Of a DNA stretch of 64,000 nt, positions 46,740 through 55,862 are shown piece after piece. The notes beneath the pieces were generated by a model. That model made no database searches. It was not told the origin of the DNA and saw only the letters and a program-made list of their open reading frames with translations. The stretch lies in the NCBI GenBank assembly GCA_964459225.1, contig CAYWKB010000001.1:289318-353317 (forward strand). Direction: 5' to 3'. Every line of letters starts with the position of its first letter. Position 1 is the first letter of the stretch. The DNA is from an uncultured Candidatus Saccharibacteria bacterium (GTDB taxonomy: Bacteria; Patescibacteriota; Minisyncoccia; Phycocordibacterales; PALSA-1337). Made by a program: the position numbers and the translations under genes.

Positions 46740-48392
46740 ATGGACTTTAATAGCATAGAAAATATTCAAAATTGTTTTAATATAATTAATGAAACATCCA
46801 AGATTCTTTTCTATTCTCATATTCCAACTACAGTAATAGCATTTTTTATTGGTATTGCTGTACTTAAAAATGGTGATAATAAAATAGCGAGTAGATTATT
46901 GTTTTTTATAACATCGATATTTTCATTATGGTCTGTAATAGATTTACTTGTCTGGTTTAGTTATGACAGAAGTACATTACTTATGTATGCATGGTCACTC
47001 TATGGAATTATTTACGGATTAATATTTATTTCTTCAGTTTATTTTGTTTATTCTTATTTCGATAATAAGGATATAAGTATTTCAAAAAAATCCATACTTC
47101 TCATTTTAATATTGCCATTTATATTACTTACTCCAACTACTTACAATATTCAAGGATACGATAATGTAGGTTGTGTAGCAAAGGAGACAGGAATATTTTT
47201 AAATTATTATCTTATACTCGGTGTGATAGTGGTGTTCTGGATACTCGCCATAGCTATTAATAGATATTTAAAATCAAATTCTACAAGTCAAAAAAAGCAA
47301 ATAGTACTTATGACTTTTGGTATCGAATCATTCCTCATCCTTTTTTCTTGTGTGGTATTCCTAGTAGCATATCTTGTCGATACGGGATATATCACAAATG
47401 GTGATTATAGTTTGGATCAGTATGCATTACTTAGTATGCCTATATTTATCGCTTTTCTTGCATACCTTATTGTTAAATTTAGGACTTTTAATATCAAGTT
47501 AATAGGTGCTCAGGCAATAGTTTTGGGATTGGTTACTTTAACTGGTTCAAAACTTTTTACAGTTGAAACATTACAATCTCGTATAATTACATTTATAACT
47601 TTTGCTTTGTCTGCTATTTTTGGATTTTATTTAATTAAAAATATTAAAAGAGAAATTGAAGCAAGAAATAAAATAGAAATACTTGCAAAGAAATTGGAAA
47701 AGGCAAATGAAGAACAGGCCGATACTCTAAGATTTATAACACATCAAGTAAACGGTATATTTACAAATACAAAAGGGGCACTGGCATCAATTATTGAAGG
47801 TCAATATGATCCAATACCTGAAAATCTTAGGGAAATGGTTAAAAATCTATTTATGATTCAATCTGGAGGTGTTGATAGTGTGCAATCATTTTTATCTGCT
47901 TCACAAGTTGATAATGGTAATCCGTATTCAATGGCAAAGGTAAATATAAATGAAATAACATTAAACGCATTTAAACAATTAAAATTAAAGGCAGATAAAA
48001 AGGGTCTTCAAATGAATATTAAATTCAACGATGATAATTTATTTGTAAATGGTGACAAGACATATTTAACGAATGCTTTTATAAACGTATTTGATAATGC
48101 AATAAGATATACAAAAATAGGTACAATAGATATTGAATTAAATAAAATTGAAAATAAATACGTACAAATTTCAGTTAAAGACACTGGAGTAGGAATAAAC
48201 GCAGAAGACGGTCAAAAGTTATTTACAAAATACGGCAGAGGCAAAAACTCAAGATCAGTAAATGTTGATAGTAATGGTATTGGACTATATTTAGTCAAAA
48301 GAATTCTGGACGGACATAACGGAAATATTTGGTATGAAACAGTTGAGGGTAAGGGAACAGTCTTTTATATTAAATTGCCACTTGTAGATTAA
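46740..48392 (+). CDS. sensor histidine kinase with polytopic N-terminal sensor domain (orphan; no adjacent response regulator)
   Basis: ~7 TM helices, coiled coil, H-box region FITHQVNG, HATPase_c motifs DTGVGINAEDGQKLF and GIGLYLVKRIL. Confidence 0.78.
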   Translation: MDFNSIENIQNCFNIINETSKILFYSHIPTTVIAFFIGIAVLKNGDNKIASRLLFFITSIFSLWSVIDLLVWFSYDRSTLLMYAWSLYGIIYGLIFISSVYFVYSYFDNKDISISKKSILLILILPFILLTPTTYNIQGYDNVGCVAKETGIFLNYYLILGVIVVFWILAIAINRYLKSNSTSQKKQIVLMTFGIESFLILFSCVVFLVAYLVDTGYITNGDYSLDQYALLSMPIFIAFLAYLIVKFRTFNIKLIGAQAIVLGLVTLTGSKLFTVETLQSRIITFITFALSAIFGFYLIKNIKREIEARNKIEILAKKLEKANEEQADTLRFITHQVNGIFTNTKGALASIIEGQYDPIPENLREMVKNLFMIQSGGVDSVQSFLSASQVDNGNPYSMAKVNINEITLNAFKQLKLKADKKGLQMNIKFNDDNLFVNGDKTYLTNAFINVFDNAIRYTKIGTIDIELNKIENKYVQISVKDTGVGINAEDGQKLFTKYGRGKNSRSVNVDSNGIGLYLVKRILDGHNGNIWYETVEGKGTVFYIKLPLVD

Positions 48393-48438
48393 TTTGATTT
48401 TGCTTGAATATTAATCAAAAAAAGGGCATTATAGTCAT

Positions 48439-49536
48439 ATGTCATTAAGTATAGGAATTGTCGGGCTACCAAATGTAGGCAAATCAACACTTTTTACCGC
48501 TTTAACCAAAAAGAGTGTTTTAATTGCTAACTATCCATTTGCAACTATAGATCCATCTGTTGGCGTTGTTGCAGTGCCAGATGAAAGACTGTGGAAACTT
48601 TCAGAATTTTCAAAAACACAAAAGACAGTACCAGCAATAGTAGAATTCGTTGATATTGCAGGACTTGTAAAGGGAGCATCAGATGGTGAAGGACTTGGAA
48701 ATCAATTCCTAACAAATATTCGCGAAACAGATGCAATTGCGCATGTAGTTAGAATATTTGAAGACGATAATATAATACATGTGGATGGAAAGATTAATCC
48801 TCTAAAAGATATTGAGGTTATAAATCTAGAATTGATACTTGCTGACTTACAAACTATTACAAAAAGACTTTCAAATGTACAAAGAGAAGTGAAGGCAAAT
48901 AAAAAGGAAGCAATAATCGAAAATACATTATTAGAAAAGATTAAAGTAGCATTAGATGCAGGTAAATTGGCATCAAGTGTTATACCAGATGAATTTGAAA
49001 AACCATTTCTAAAATCAATGCATTTATTAACATCAAAACCAATGATGTATGTTTTGAATAAAAAGTCAGGAGGCAAAAATCTAGATGAAATAAATGATGA
49101 AAGATATGTAGCGCTTTTAAAATATTTTAAAGAAAATAATTCAAAATGGGTTGTGGTTGATGCAGGAATTGAACATGAATTAAAAGATTTGGAGGATAAA
49201 GATAAAAAGGAAATGAGAGAAGGATTGGGGGCAAAGGATGATGGAATAGATGAATTAATAAAAAAGGGTTATGAACTTTTGAATCTTATTACGTATTTTA
49301 CAACAGGGGAAAAAGAAACACGCGCTTGGACTATAGGACGAGGATGGACAGCACCAGAAGCAGGAACTGCAATACATGGAGATTTCAAGGATAAGTTTAT
49401 AAGGGCGGAAGTAATAGAATGGGATAAATTAATTGAATCAGGATCATTTGGGCAGGCTAGAGAAAAGGGACTCATAAGGACAGAGGGAAAGGAGTATATA
49501 GTAAAGGATGGGGATGTGATGGAGTTTAAGATTTAG
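48439..49536 (+). CDS. ychF: ribosome-binding ATPase YchF
   Basis: 365 aa; G1 GLPNVGKSTLF, TGS-like C-terminus. Confidence 0.92.
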   Translation: MSLSIGIVGLPNVGKSTLFTALTKKSVLIANYPFATIDPSVGVVAVPDERLWKLSEFSKTQKTVPAIVEFVDIAGLVKGASDGEGLGNQFLTNIRETDAIAHVVRIFEDDNIIHVDGKINPLKDIEVINLELILADLQTITKRLSNVQREVKANKKEAIIENTLLEKIKVALDAGKLASSVIPDEFEKPFLKSMHLLTSKPMMYVLNKKSGGKNLDEINDERYVALLKYFKENNSKWVVVDAGIEHELKDLEDKDKKEMREGLGAKDDGIDELIKKGYELLNLITYFTTGEKETRAWTIGRGWTAPEAGTAIHGDFKDKFIRAEVIEWDKLIESGSFGQAREKGLIRTEGKEYIVKDGDVMEFKI

Positions 49537-49766
49537 GTAAAAAATAGCCCAACGATTTTTGTCGTCGGGCCCTGATTTCGCCTCTAGAAATCAGTGGGCG
49601 CAACCATTTTCATGGAGTGATACCTTGAAAATATTATAACATAGAAAATGGTGGTGTTATGGAATTTAGGATTTAGGTAATAAAATTACCAAAACAAATG
49701 AGTAAATAATTTAGTTTACATGTTTTTACTTATGTTGTAACCTATAATGAGAAGGAGAACATTTTC

Positions 49767-50243
49767 ATGAATGAACAAATCGTCTTTGATACTAGGCCAG
49801 CTGGCGTTGAGTTTGTAGAAAGAATTTCTGGGTGTTACATCAGAAATGGTGAAGAGGCTTTATTTTTACAACATGCTGAGAATAGCGTTAAGCCATATGC
49901 TGGTAAATGGGGCTTAGTTGGTGGAAAAAGGCAAAAAGATGAAACACCTAAAGAAACAATGATTCGTGAATGTCGTGAGGAGACTGGGCTTCGGATGAAC
50001 GAAGGTGATCTACGATTATACAGGAGATTTTTCGTGATTTATCCTCCACCAACTCCTCCATTCATATATTTTGTATATGACTACCATTTGTTCAGACGTT
50101 TCAAACCAACTATCAGCCCTGAACACACTGATTATCGCTGGGAAAAAATTCAGAACATGACATGTAACGAACTCATGCCGGGACAATTTGAGGTGAATCA
50201 GAGAGTTTTCCCGGGTTGTTTCAATAAAATCACTGTACACTGA
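49767..50243 (+). CDS. NUDIX hydrolase
   Basis: Nudix box GGKRQKDETPKETMIRECREETGL; GC content higher than flanking genes. Confidence 0.8.
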   Translation: MNEQIVFDTRPAGVEFVERISGCYIRNGEEALFLQHAENSVKPYAGKWGLVGGKRQKDETPKETMIRECREETGLRMNEGDLRLYRRFFVIYPPPTPPFIYFVYDYHLFRRFKPTISPEHTDYRWEKIQNMTCNELMPGQFEVNQRVFPGCFNKITVH

Positions 50244-50287
50244 CACCCTTTACCGAGGTGGCTTTTCATGGTAGTATGTCAGGGTAT

Positions 50288-50395
50288 TATGAAAAAGTTG
50301 TGCGGTATGAATATGACAGTACTACTGATCATATCCGTAGTACTGGGCCTTGCTCTTTTTTTCATGCTAGACCTTGCTGGTCTTGCAGGCCGATA
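50288..50395 (+). CDS. small hydrophobic peptide (35 aa from first ATG; 28 aa from ATG 50312), type I toxin-like
   Basis: MKKLCGMNMTVLLIISVVLGLALFFMLDLAGLAGR: a single TM helix with charged ends; weak SD AGGG; followed directly by a strong terminator. Below the ORF-track size cutoff. Confidence 0.35.
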
Positions 50396-50416
50396 ATAAT
50401 CGGCAAATTTCAGAAG

Positions 50417-50452
50417 GCTGGGCATCGAAAAACGATGCTCAGCTTTTCCTTT
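50417..50452 (+). terminator. Rho-independent terminator (also at the 3' end of the convergent exonuclease gene)
   Basis: 11-bp stem gctgggcatcg/cgatgctcagc (one G-U), loop aaaaa, then ttttcctttt. Confidence 0.6.
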
Positions 50453-51027
50453 TAAAAGGGTAATGTAAAAGTCATAGCACTTTCCTCTACTTTTTCCCAA
50501 TCTTTTGTATTGAGTTTTATATCCTTCAATACTCCCATATCTTTGTATTTTAATTTACCATTTTGTAGTGCATAGTCATAAACCTTTTTTGTGATTTTTA
50601 CATCTTCAATGCAATATTTTATTATCTTGTCTATTTCACCTGTTTTCCACCATTCTACTGCCTCGAGTCCATGCCCGCTTTTATTTACTCCAAGTGTTGC
50701 CTCCGCTATTGTGTCGAGCTTTATTCTCCTACCTAGTGAATTTTTAATTTCTCTTAGTAAATCTAGGCTTTTGATTTTAGTTAAATCGCCTGAATAGTAT
50801 TTGTTTAAGAGGGGAATATCAAAGTGATCACCGTTGAAGGTTATCAACATATCTGCTTGTTCAAGTATTGGCCAGAGTTTTGGTAAGTCTTCTTGTAAAT
50901 AACTACTGTATTCATCAGTTTTAGAATCATGTATGCATACTACAGATATATCCAAGTCTACTGGATCATTTGAATTTACATCAGAAAATATGTTCCTTGT
51001 TTCTATATCAAATGTTATTTTCCTCAT
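50452..51027 (-). CDS. DEDD-family 3'-5' exonuclease (RNase H-like fold)
   Basis: FDIET (exo I), NGDHFDIP (exo II), YCIEDV (exo III)-like acidic motifs. Confidence 0.6.
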   Translation of the reverse strand: MRKITFDIETRNIFSDVNSNDPVDLDISVVCIHDSKTDEYSSYLQEDLPKLWPILEQADMLITFNGDHFDIPLLNKYYSGDLTKIKSLDLLREIKNSLGRRIKLDTIAEATLGVNKSGHGLEAVEWWKTGEIDKIIKYCIEDVKITKKVYDYALQNGKLKYKDMGVLKDIKLNTKDWEKVEESAMTFTLPF

Positions 51028-51031
51028 AGTA

Positions 51032-52333
51032 TTAAATTAGTTTAATGTTTTCGATTGTATATGACTTTTCTTCACCTGATTGAAGATTTTTGAGTTTTAA
51101 ATTTCCTGTTTTCATTTCTTCTTCACCTATGCAAATTATATTTGGTATTTTATTTTTATCGGCATTTTTGATTTGATCTCCTATTTTCCTGTATGAATAA
51201 TCTATTGAAACATTTATACCTTTATTTCGCATTTCTTTTGCGAGATTTTGTGCATAAGTTGAATACTCTTCACCCATAAGGCATAAATATACTTGTGAAG
51301 GATTTGCATTTGCACCCTTTAGATTTCCATAAGTTTCGATTAAGTCTCTTGCTGTTACATCACCAGCACCAAAACCAACTGCAGGAACTTTGTCTCCGCC
51401 AAAAAGTGATAGTAAATCATCATATCTTCCACCACCAAATACCGATCTTCTGTTTATTGGATTTTTATCAAATACTTCAAAAACTATTCCGGTATAATAA
51501 TCAAAACCTCTCATAAGAGTTTGGTCAAATCTTGCATTTGTTATACCCAACTTCGCCAAGCTATCTATAACTTGTCTTATTTCTTTTAATCCTTGATGCT
51601 CCTCACTTGTTTGTTTTAAATGAGTTGTGAATTCCTCAAAATTTTGTGAATTTAAAAGAGTTAGAAATTTATCTGTATTTGATTTTAATATTTCTTTTGA
51701 ATTTTGTATAAATGCCTCTGGCGTTATCTTGTCCTTTTTGTCTATTAACTTTGATATTGTATATGCTTCATCATCAGTTAAACTAAATACTTCTTTACTT
51801 ATATAATTCATTAACTTTCGATTATTTATTAGTATTTCAAAGTTATCAGGCTTTAAACCATATGAAAGGGTAATATCATAAGCCATTTGAATTATTTCAA
51901 TTTCTGCATCCAAACTTTCAACTCCAAATATATCCACATTTAATTGCCAGTGTTCACGCAATCTTCCACGTTGTGGTTGTTCATATCTAAATAGATTTGG
52001 AATAGAAAACCAACGCAGGGGATATGCAAGCTCCCTTTTTTTGCCTGCCACCATACGAGCAACTGTCGGAGTCATTTCGGGTCTTAATGTGATATCTCTT
52101 CCTCCACGATCGGTAAAGGTATATGTTTGCTTTTCGACTATTTCTTCTCCTGACTTTTCAATATATAATTCTGCGGGCTCAATAACAGATGCGCTGTATT
52201 CACTATATCCATATTTTTGTACATTTGATTTCCAAATATCAAAAATCTGATTTTGAATAGCCATGTCCTCAGGGTAAAAGTCTCGCACACCTTTATACGA
52301 ATCAGTTGATAACTTTTTATTCATAAGGTACAT
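51032..52333 (-). CDS. hisS: histidyl-tRNA synthetase
   Basis: 433 aa; KGVRDFYP, LRPEMTP, FGGGRYDDL class II HisRS motifs; anticodon-binding C-terminus. Confidence 0.92.
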   Translation of the reverse strand: MYLMNKKLSTDSYKGVRDFYPEDMAIQNQIFDIWKSNVQKYGYSEYSASVIEPAELYIEKSGEEIVEKQTYTFTDRGGRDITLRPEMTPTVARMVAGKKRELAYPLRWFSIPNLFRYEQPQRGRLREHWQLNVDIFGVESLDAEIEIIQMAYDITLSYGLKPDNFEILINNRKLMNYISKEVFSLTDDEAYTISKLIDKKDKITPEAFIQNSKEILKSNTDKFLTLLNSQNFEEFTTHLKQTSEEHQGLKEIRQVIDSLAKLGITNARFDQTLMRGFDYYTGIVFEVFDKNPINRRSVFGGGRYDDLLSLFGGDKVPAVGFGAGDVTARDLIETYGNLKGANANPSQVYLCLMGEEYSTYAQNLAKEMRNKGINVSIDYSYRKIGDQIKNADKNKIPNIICIGEEEMKTGNLKLKNLQSGEEKSYTIENIKLI

Positions 52334-52343
52334 TGTAACAAAT

Positions 52344-53042
52344 ATGTATTTAACTTACAAAAATATTGGTGAGACACCGCTTGAATGTTTAGAAAGGGTA
52401 AGAAAGGAAAATGGAAAGCCACAAAGCGTTCCAATGACTTATGCTGGAAGATTGGATCCTATGGCAGAGGGCCTGCTTGTTATACTTCAAAATGAAGAAT
52501 GTAAAGACAAGGAAAAGTACACAAAAATGGATAAAGAATACGAACTTGAAGTTTTGTTTGGTGTATCTACAGATAGTTATGATGTATTAGGTAAAATAAT
52601 CGAAATAGAAAAGAAATCTTTTGATAATATAGATATTTCAAAATACAAAGGTAAATTTATACAAAAATATCCTAGATATTCATCAAAAATAATCGCAATG
52701 AAGGAAATACCAGATGAAGATGAAATGCCTACAAAAGAAGTTGAAATATATGATATTGAACAAATAGGTTCAAATGCAATGTCAGGTGAAAAGATTTCTA
52801 AAAAAGTAATTGAAAATATTAAAAAAGTTAATGGAGATTTCAGACAAGACGAAATAATTCCACTTTGGGAAAAGTTTGGTATTGATTACGCAAAAGTGAT
52901 TTTTATAATTTTAAAATACAGAGTTGCTTGTTCGAGTGGAACATATATGCGAAGTTTAGCAAATAATATTGGTAATGATATGAGTATTCCTGCTTTAGCT
53001 TTTTCAATTAAAAGAACGAGAATAAATGGCTATAAGATTTAG
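52344..53042 (+). CDS. truB: TruB-family tRNA pseudouridine synthase (short, no PUA domain)
   Basis: MTYAGRLDPMAEGLLVI catalytic-Asp motif (TruB HxGTLDPxAxGLL). Confidence 0.65.
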   Translation: MYLTYKNIGETPLECLERVRKENGKPQSVPMTYAGRLDPMAEGLLVILQNEECKDKEKYTKMDKEYELEVLFGVSTDSYDVLGKIIEIEKKSFDNIDISKYKGKFIQKYPRYSSKIIAMKEIPDEDEMPTKEVEIYDIEQIGSNAMSGEKISKKVIENIKKVNGDFRQDEIIPLWEKFGIDYAKVIFIILKYRVACSSGTYMRSLANNIGNDMSIPALAFSIKRTRINGYKI

Positions 53043-53062
53043 CAATATGTTAATATGTATAT

Positions 53063-54049
53063 ATGAGAAAGGTAATTATTAAGGAGGGGCCTATAGTATT
53101 CCTAAGGGATGTTTTTATTATGGAAATATTGGCCACAGTGCTATTTTTCTTTGCGTCCTTCCTTGCTAACTATGAAATGTTGTATAAATCATTTTCTGTA
53201 TCACATCTCATAAGATATGATATTTTTACAATAATTGTATTTTCACTATTTCAATTATCGTATATTTGTATTTTATTTTTAAATTGGTATTTTTCTAGAT
53301 TTGAAATTCATGAAAAAGAAATAATAAGGAAATCTGGATTATTATTTAAACGCAGGAAATCTGTGAGTCTATATGATGTTGCATCCGTTGAGGTGTATCA
53401 AAGTCCATTAGGCAGACTTATGAATCACGCTACTATAATTTTGGAACATAATAATGGCAGAGTTACAAAAATGAAAAATATAGGAAATTTTGATGAATAT
53501 GTTTTTAATATAAAACAATTAGTACACAATGCATCTGGGCGAGTGCTAAGTAGGGATATAAAATCTCTTTTGAGTGAGGGGGAAAGTTCATATTTAGAAT
53601 ACAAGGAGACAATGAGATATGATGGGAGAAAGGGGGAAGTTAGTAAGGATTTAGAAAAAGTAATTATCAAAACAATAGTTGGATTTTTGAATTCAAATGG
53701 TGGAACTTTACTTATTGGTGTTAATGATTATGGAAGACCTGTCGGATTAGAGGGTGATTATAAAACATTAATTAAAAAAAATAGGGACGGTTTTGAAAAT
53801 CATTTAAATATGCTTATAAAGACTATGATAGGTCTTGGATTTTCTAAATACATAAATATTAAATTTGAAAAAGTTGTGGAGGATAATAAAGAATTTGATA
53901 TTTGTATGGTTATAGTCAATGAGGGACATAAACCAGCGTATCTTATAAATGGAGATAAAAAAGAGGATTTTTATGTGAGGGTGGGGAATACTACTCAGCC
54001 CTTTAATATGAGCGAGGCGTCTGATTATATAAAGACAAAGTGGGGTTGA
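53063..54049 (+). CDS. membrane-anchored protein with bacterial PH (bPH_2/DUF304-like) domain and C-terminal AlbA_2 (Schlafen-like) putative DNA-binding domain
   Basis: Two N-terminal TM helices, then SLYDVASVEVYQSPLGRLMNHATIIL (bPH-like), then LEYKET...IVGFLNSNGGTLLIGVNDYGRPVGLE (AlbA_2 signature). Confidence 0.55.
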   Translation: MRKVIIKEGPIVFLRDVFIMEILATVLFFFASFLANYEMLYKSFSVSHLIRYDIFTIIVFSLFQLSYICILFLNWYFSRFEIHEKEIIRKSGLLFKRRKSVSLYDVASVEVYQSPLGRLMNHATIILEHNNGRVTKMKNIGNFDEYVFNIKQLVHNASGRVLSRDIKSLLSEGESSYLEYKETMRYDGRKGEVSKDLEKVIIKTIVGFLNSNGGTLLIGVNDYGRPVGLEGDYKTLIKKNRDGFENHLNMLIKTMIGLGFSKYINIKFEKVVEDNKEFDICMVIVNEGHKPAYLINGDKKEDFYVRVGNTTQPFNMSEASDYIKTKWG

Positions 54050-54152
54050 CATTATATTATATTAATGTTAACATCAGAAACGGTTTAAATAGATACCAGA
54101 AGAATATCTGGATAATATCTGTTTATAGTTAGTAAATTGAAAACATACTGTT

Positions 54153-54404
54153 ATGTCAGACAAAATATCGGTTGTGGTTAAACAAATAGTTAGGGATGTT
54201 CGTACTCCCTACGTGGTCACAGTGCCTCAGGTGGGTCAAAACCTCTCTGGTATCAGGGCTGGTGACACTATAACTTTTACCCTTAGCATATGGGACGGAG
54301 ATGAGCTTTTTGCTGATCAGGTACTGTCGCTCGAAAGGTCGAAGGTTGTGAGGAGCCAAAAAGGATTCCGTTGTACGGGAGGCATTTCTTCTGTGAGTAT
54401 CTGA
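54153..54404 (+). CDS. small hypothetical protein (83 aa) at the start of the higher-GC segment
   Basis: Intact ORF with elevated GC; no SD; no motif. Confidence 0.3.
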   Translation: MSDKISVVVKQIVRDVRTPYVVTVPQVGQNLSGIRAGDTITFTLSIWDGDELFADQVLSLERSKVVRSQKGFRCTGGISSVSI

Positions 54405-54445
54405 AAAATAGAAACAAGAAAAAAGAAAAGAGAAAGAGAAATAGA

Positions 54446-55717
54446 ATGAAAGAAGCTAAGAAATCTTCGGTTATCACGACTAAAATCTCCGATTTAAATG
54501 AGGAATTCTTTGTAAGAGTTTCCTTGAACCAGGAGAGGGTCAATTTTTTGGCCGGCTTACTTGTTAATGAAACAGTACTCGATCCAATCGAGATTTCCAT
54601 GTTGGAGGGTAAGTTGGTTGTTGTTGATGGTAGGCATAGGGTGGCAGCAAATTCGGCGGTTGGCAATCATGAGGTTGAGTGTACTGTCTTAGAATTTGAC
54701 AGTAAAGCGTCTATGATTTCATATGCCTTTTTGAAAAACTCTGGCGGTTCATTACAAGCTACATCAGCTGACGCACTTCATGTCATAAGGGTTCTTTTGT
54801 CTGAAGGACTGAGGCATAGAGAAGTTGTTGCGCAACTATCGAAATCAGGTAGTTATTCACCAAGAACCATTCAAAAATGGGTCAAAGATGTATCCACTGA
54901 GAATTACAGGAAATCCTTGAGGGATGCTGTGAGGCATATTTCAGAGGGTAAGACTGTTGATCAGGCCTCTGAGCTTACTGGGTTAAAAAAAGAGCAAATT
55001 CAGAGGGGGTTAAATCCATCTGCTTTTGCTCCTTTGGGTGGCGGGCCTGCTGATAAGTTGAAGGGAAAGGTTTCTACCGAGTTCCACCGTTTCAATCTAT
55101 CTCTTGGTCAACATTCCAACTCACTAACAAGGGAAGTTAATTCTGGGTTGATTACTCCGGAACAAGCCAGGGGCATTATTGCCGAATGGGGTCGTAGGGT
55201 TTCAAATGTTCAAAAGCAATTTGCTAATACTCAGGCGAGATTATCAAAGGTGCTTGAGATCTATGAAAATCTTGGACACACACAATTAGCTCGAGTTGAA
55301 CCGGGTCCTACTAGGACGAAACATAACACTGATCATGGGGCAAACCATTCAGACACCACACCTAACGGTGGTATGGCTGTAAAAAAGCCAGTCAAGGTAT
55401 TAACACCATCTCAAATCAAGAAGACTGATGAAGTCTTCAGAAAGATGGGTATCTCACCTAAAGATCACAAAAAGATCACAGAGGAAGAGTTTGTTCTGAG
55501 GGCGATCAGGGAAATCAGGAAGGGTACTGAATTTCCTGGTATTCATACTGTGTTCACAGGGTTTAATGATGCGTTTCGACGGTATTTTGGTGACGGATCA
55601 AACCCGGTTGAGGCAATCACCAAACTCAGGGATGATGGAAAAATATTCATCATGGTTTCAAGAAAGGGTTCGGTAATCAATCTCGCTGAAGACAGAAAGG
55701 ATAAGTCAAACAGCTGA
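54446..55717 (+). CDS. ParB/DndB-like nuclease-domain protein (DGRHR motif), orphan (no ParA)
   Basis: LDPIEISMLEGKLVVVDGRHRVAANSAVG ParB-N/DGQHR-like motif; 423 aa from MKEAKK; elevated GC (~45%). Confidence 0.55.
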   Translation: MKEAKKSSVITTKISDLNEEFFVRVSLNQERVNFLAGLLVNETVLDPIEISMLEGKLVVVDGRHRVAANSAVGNHEVECTVLEFDSKASMISYAFLKNSGGSLQATSADALHVIRVLLSEGLRHREVVAQLSKSGSYSPRTIQKWVKDVSTENYRKSLRDAVRHISEGKTVDQASELTGLKKEQIQRGLNPSAFAPLGGGPADKLKGKVSTEFHRFNLSLGQHSNSLTREVNSGLITPEQARGIIAEWGRRVSNVQKQFANTQARLSKVLEIYENLGHTQLARVEPGPTRTKHNTDHGANHSDTTPNGGMAVKKPVKVLTPSQIKKTDEVFRKMGISPKDHKKITEEEFVLRAIREIRKGTEFPGIHTVFTGFNDAFRRYFGDGSNPVEAITKLRDDGKIFIMVSRKGSVINLAEDRKDKSNS

Positions 55718-55740
55718 TCCTAATCGTCGTATTTCACAAG

Positions 55741-55777
55741 TCGTCACTCCGAGAACGGGGTGGCGATTTTTTATTTT
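55741..55777 (+). terminator. Rho-independent terminator (family member 1)
   Basis: tcgtcactccg-agaa-cggggtggcga (two U-G pairs) then ttttttatttt. Confidence 0.55.
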
Positions 55778-55800
55778 ACTTAATTGATACAATAAATTGA

Positions 55801-55829
55801 TTGACAGCAAGTTATAAATGTGATTATAT
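55801..55829 (+). promoter_or_regulatory. sigma70-like promoter
   Basis: TTGACA-N17-TTATAT upstream of the TIM-barrel gene. Confidence 0.4.
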
Positions 55830-55862
55830 GAATATAGGAAAAAACACGGTTTCAACAGAAAG

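Noticed and set aside
50258-50455. 65-aa ORF (plus strand) overlapping the small hydrophobic peptide gene and terminator
   Set aside because: Its frame runs through the terminator hairpin and its Cys/His/Arg-rich translation lacks a start context. The in-frame hydrophobic 35-aa ORF in the other frame is the more plausible product.
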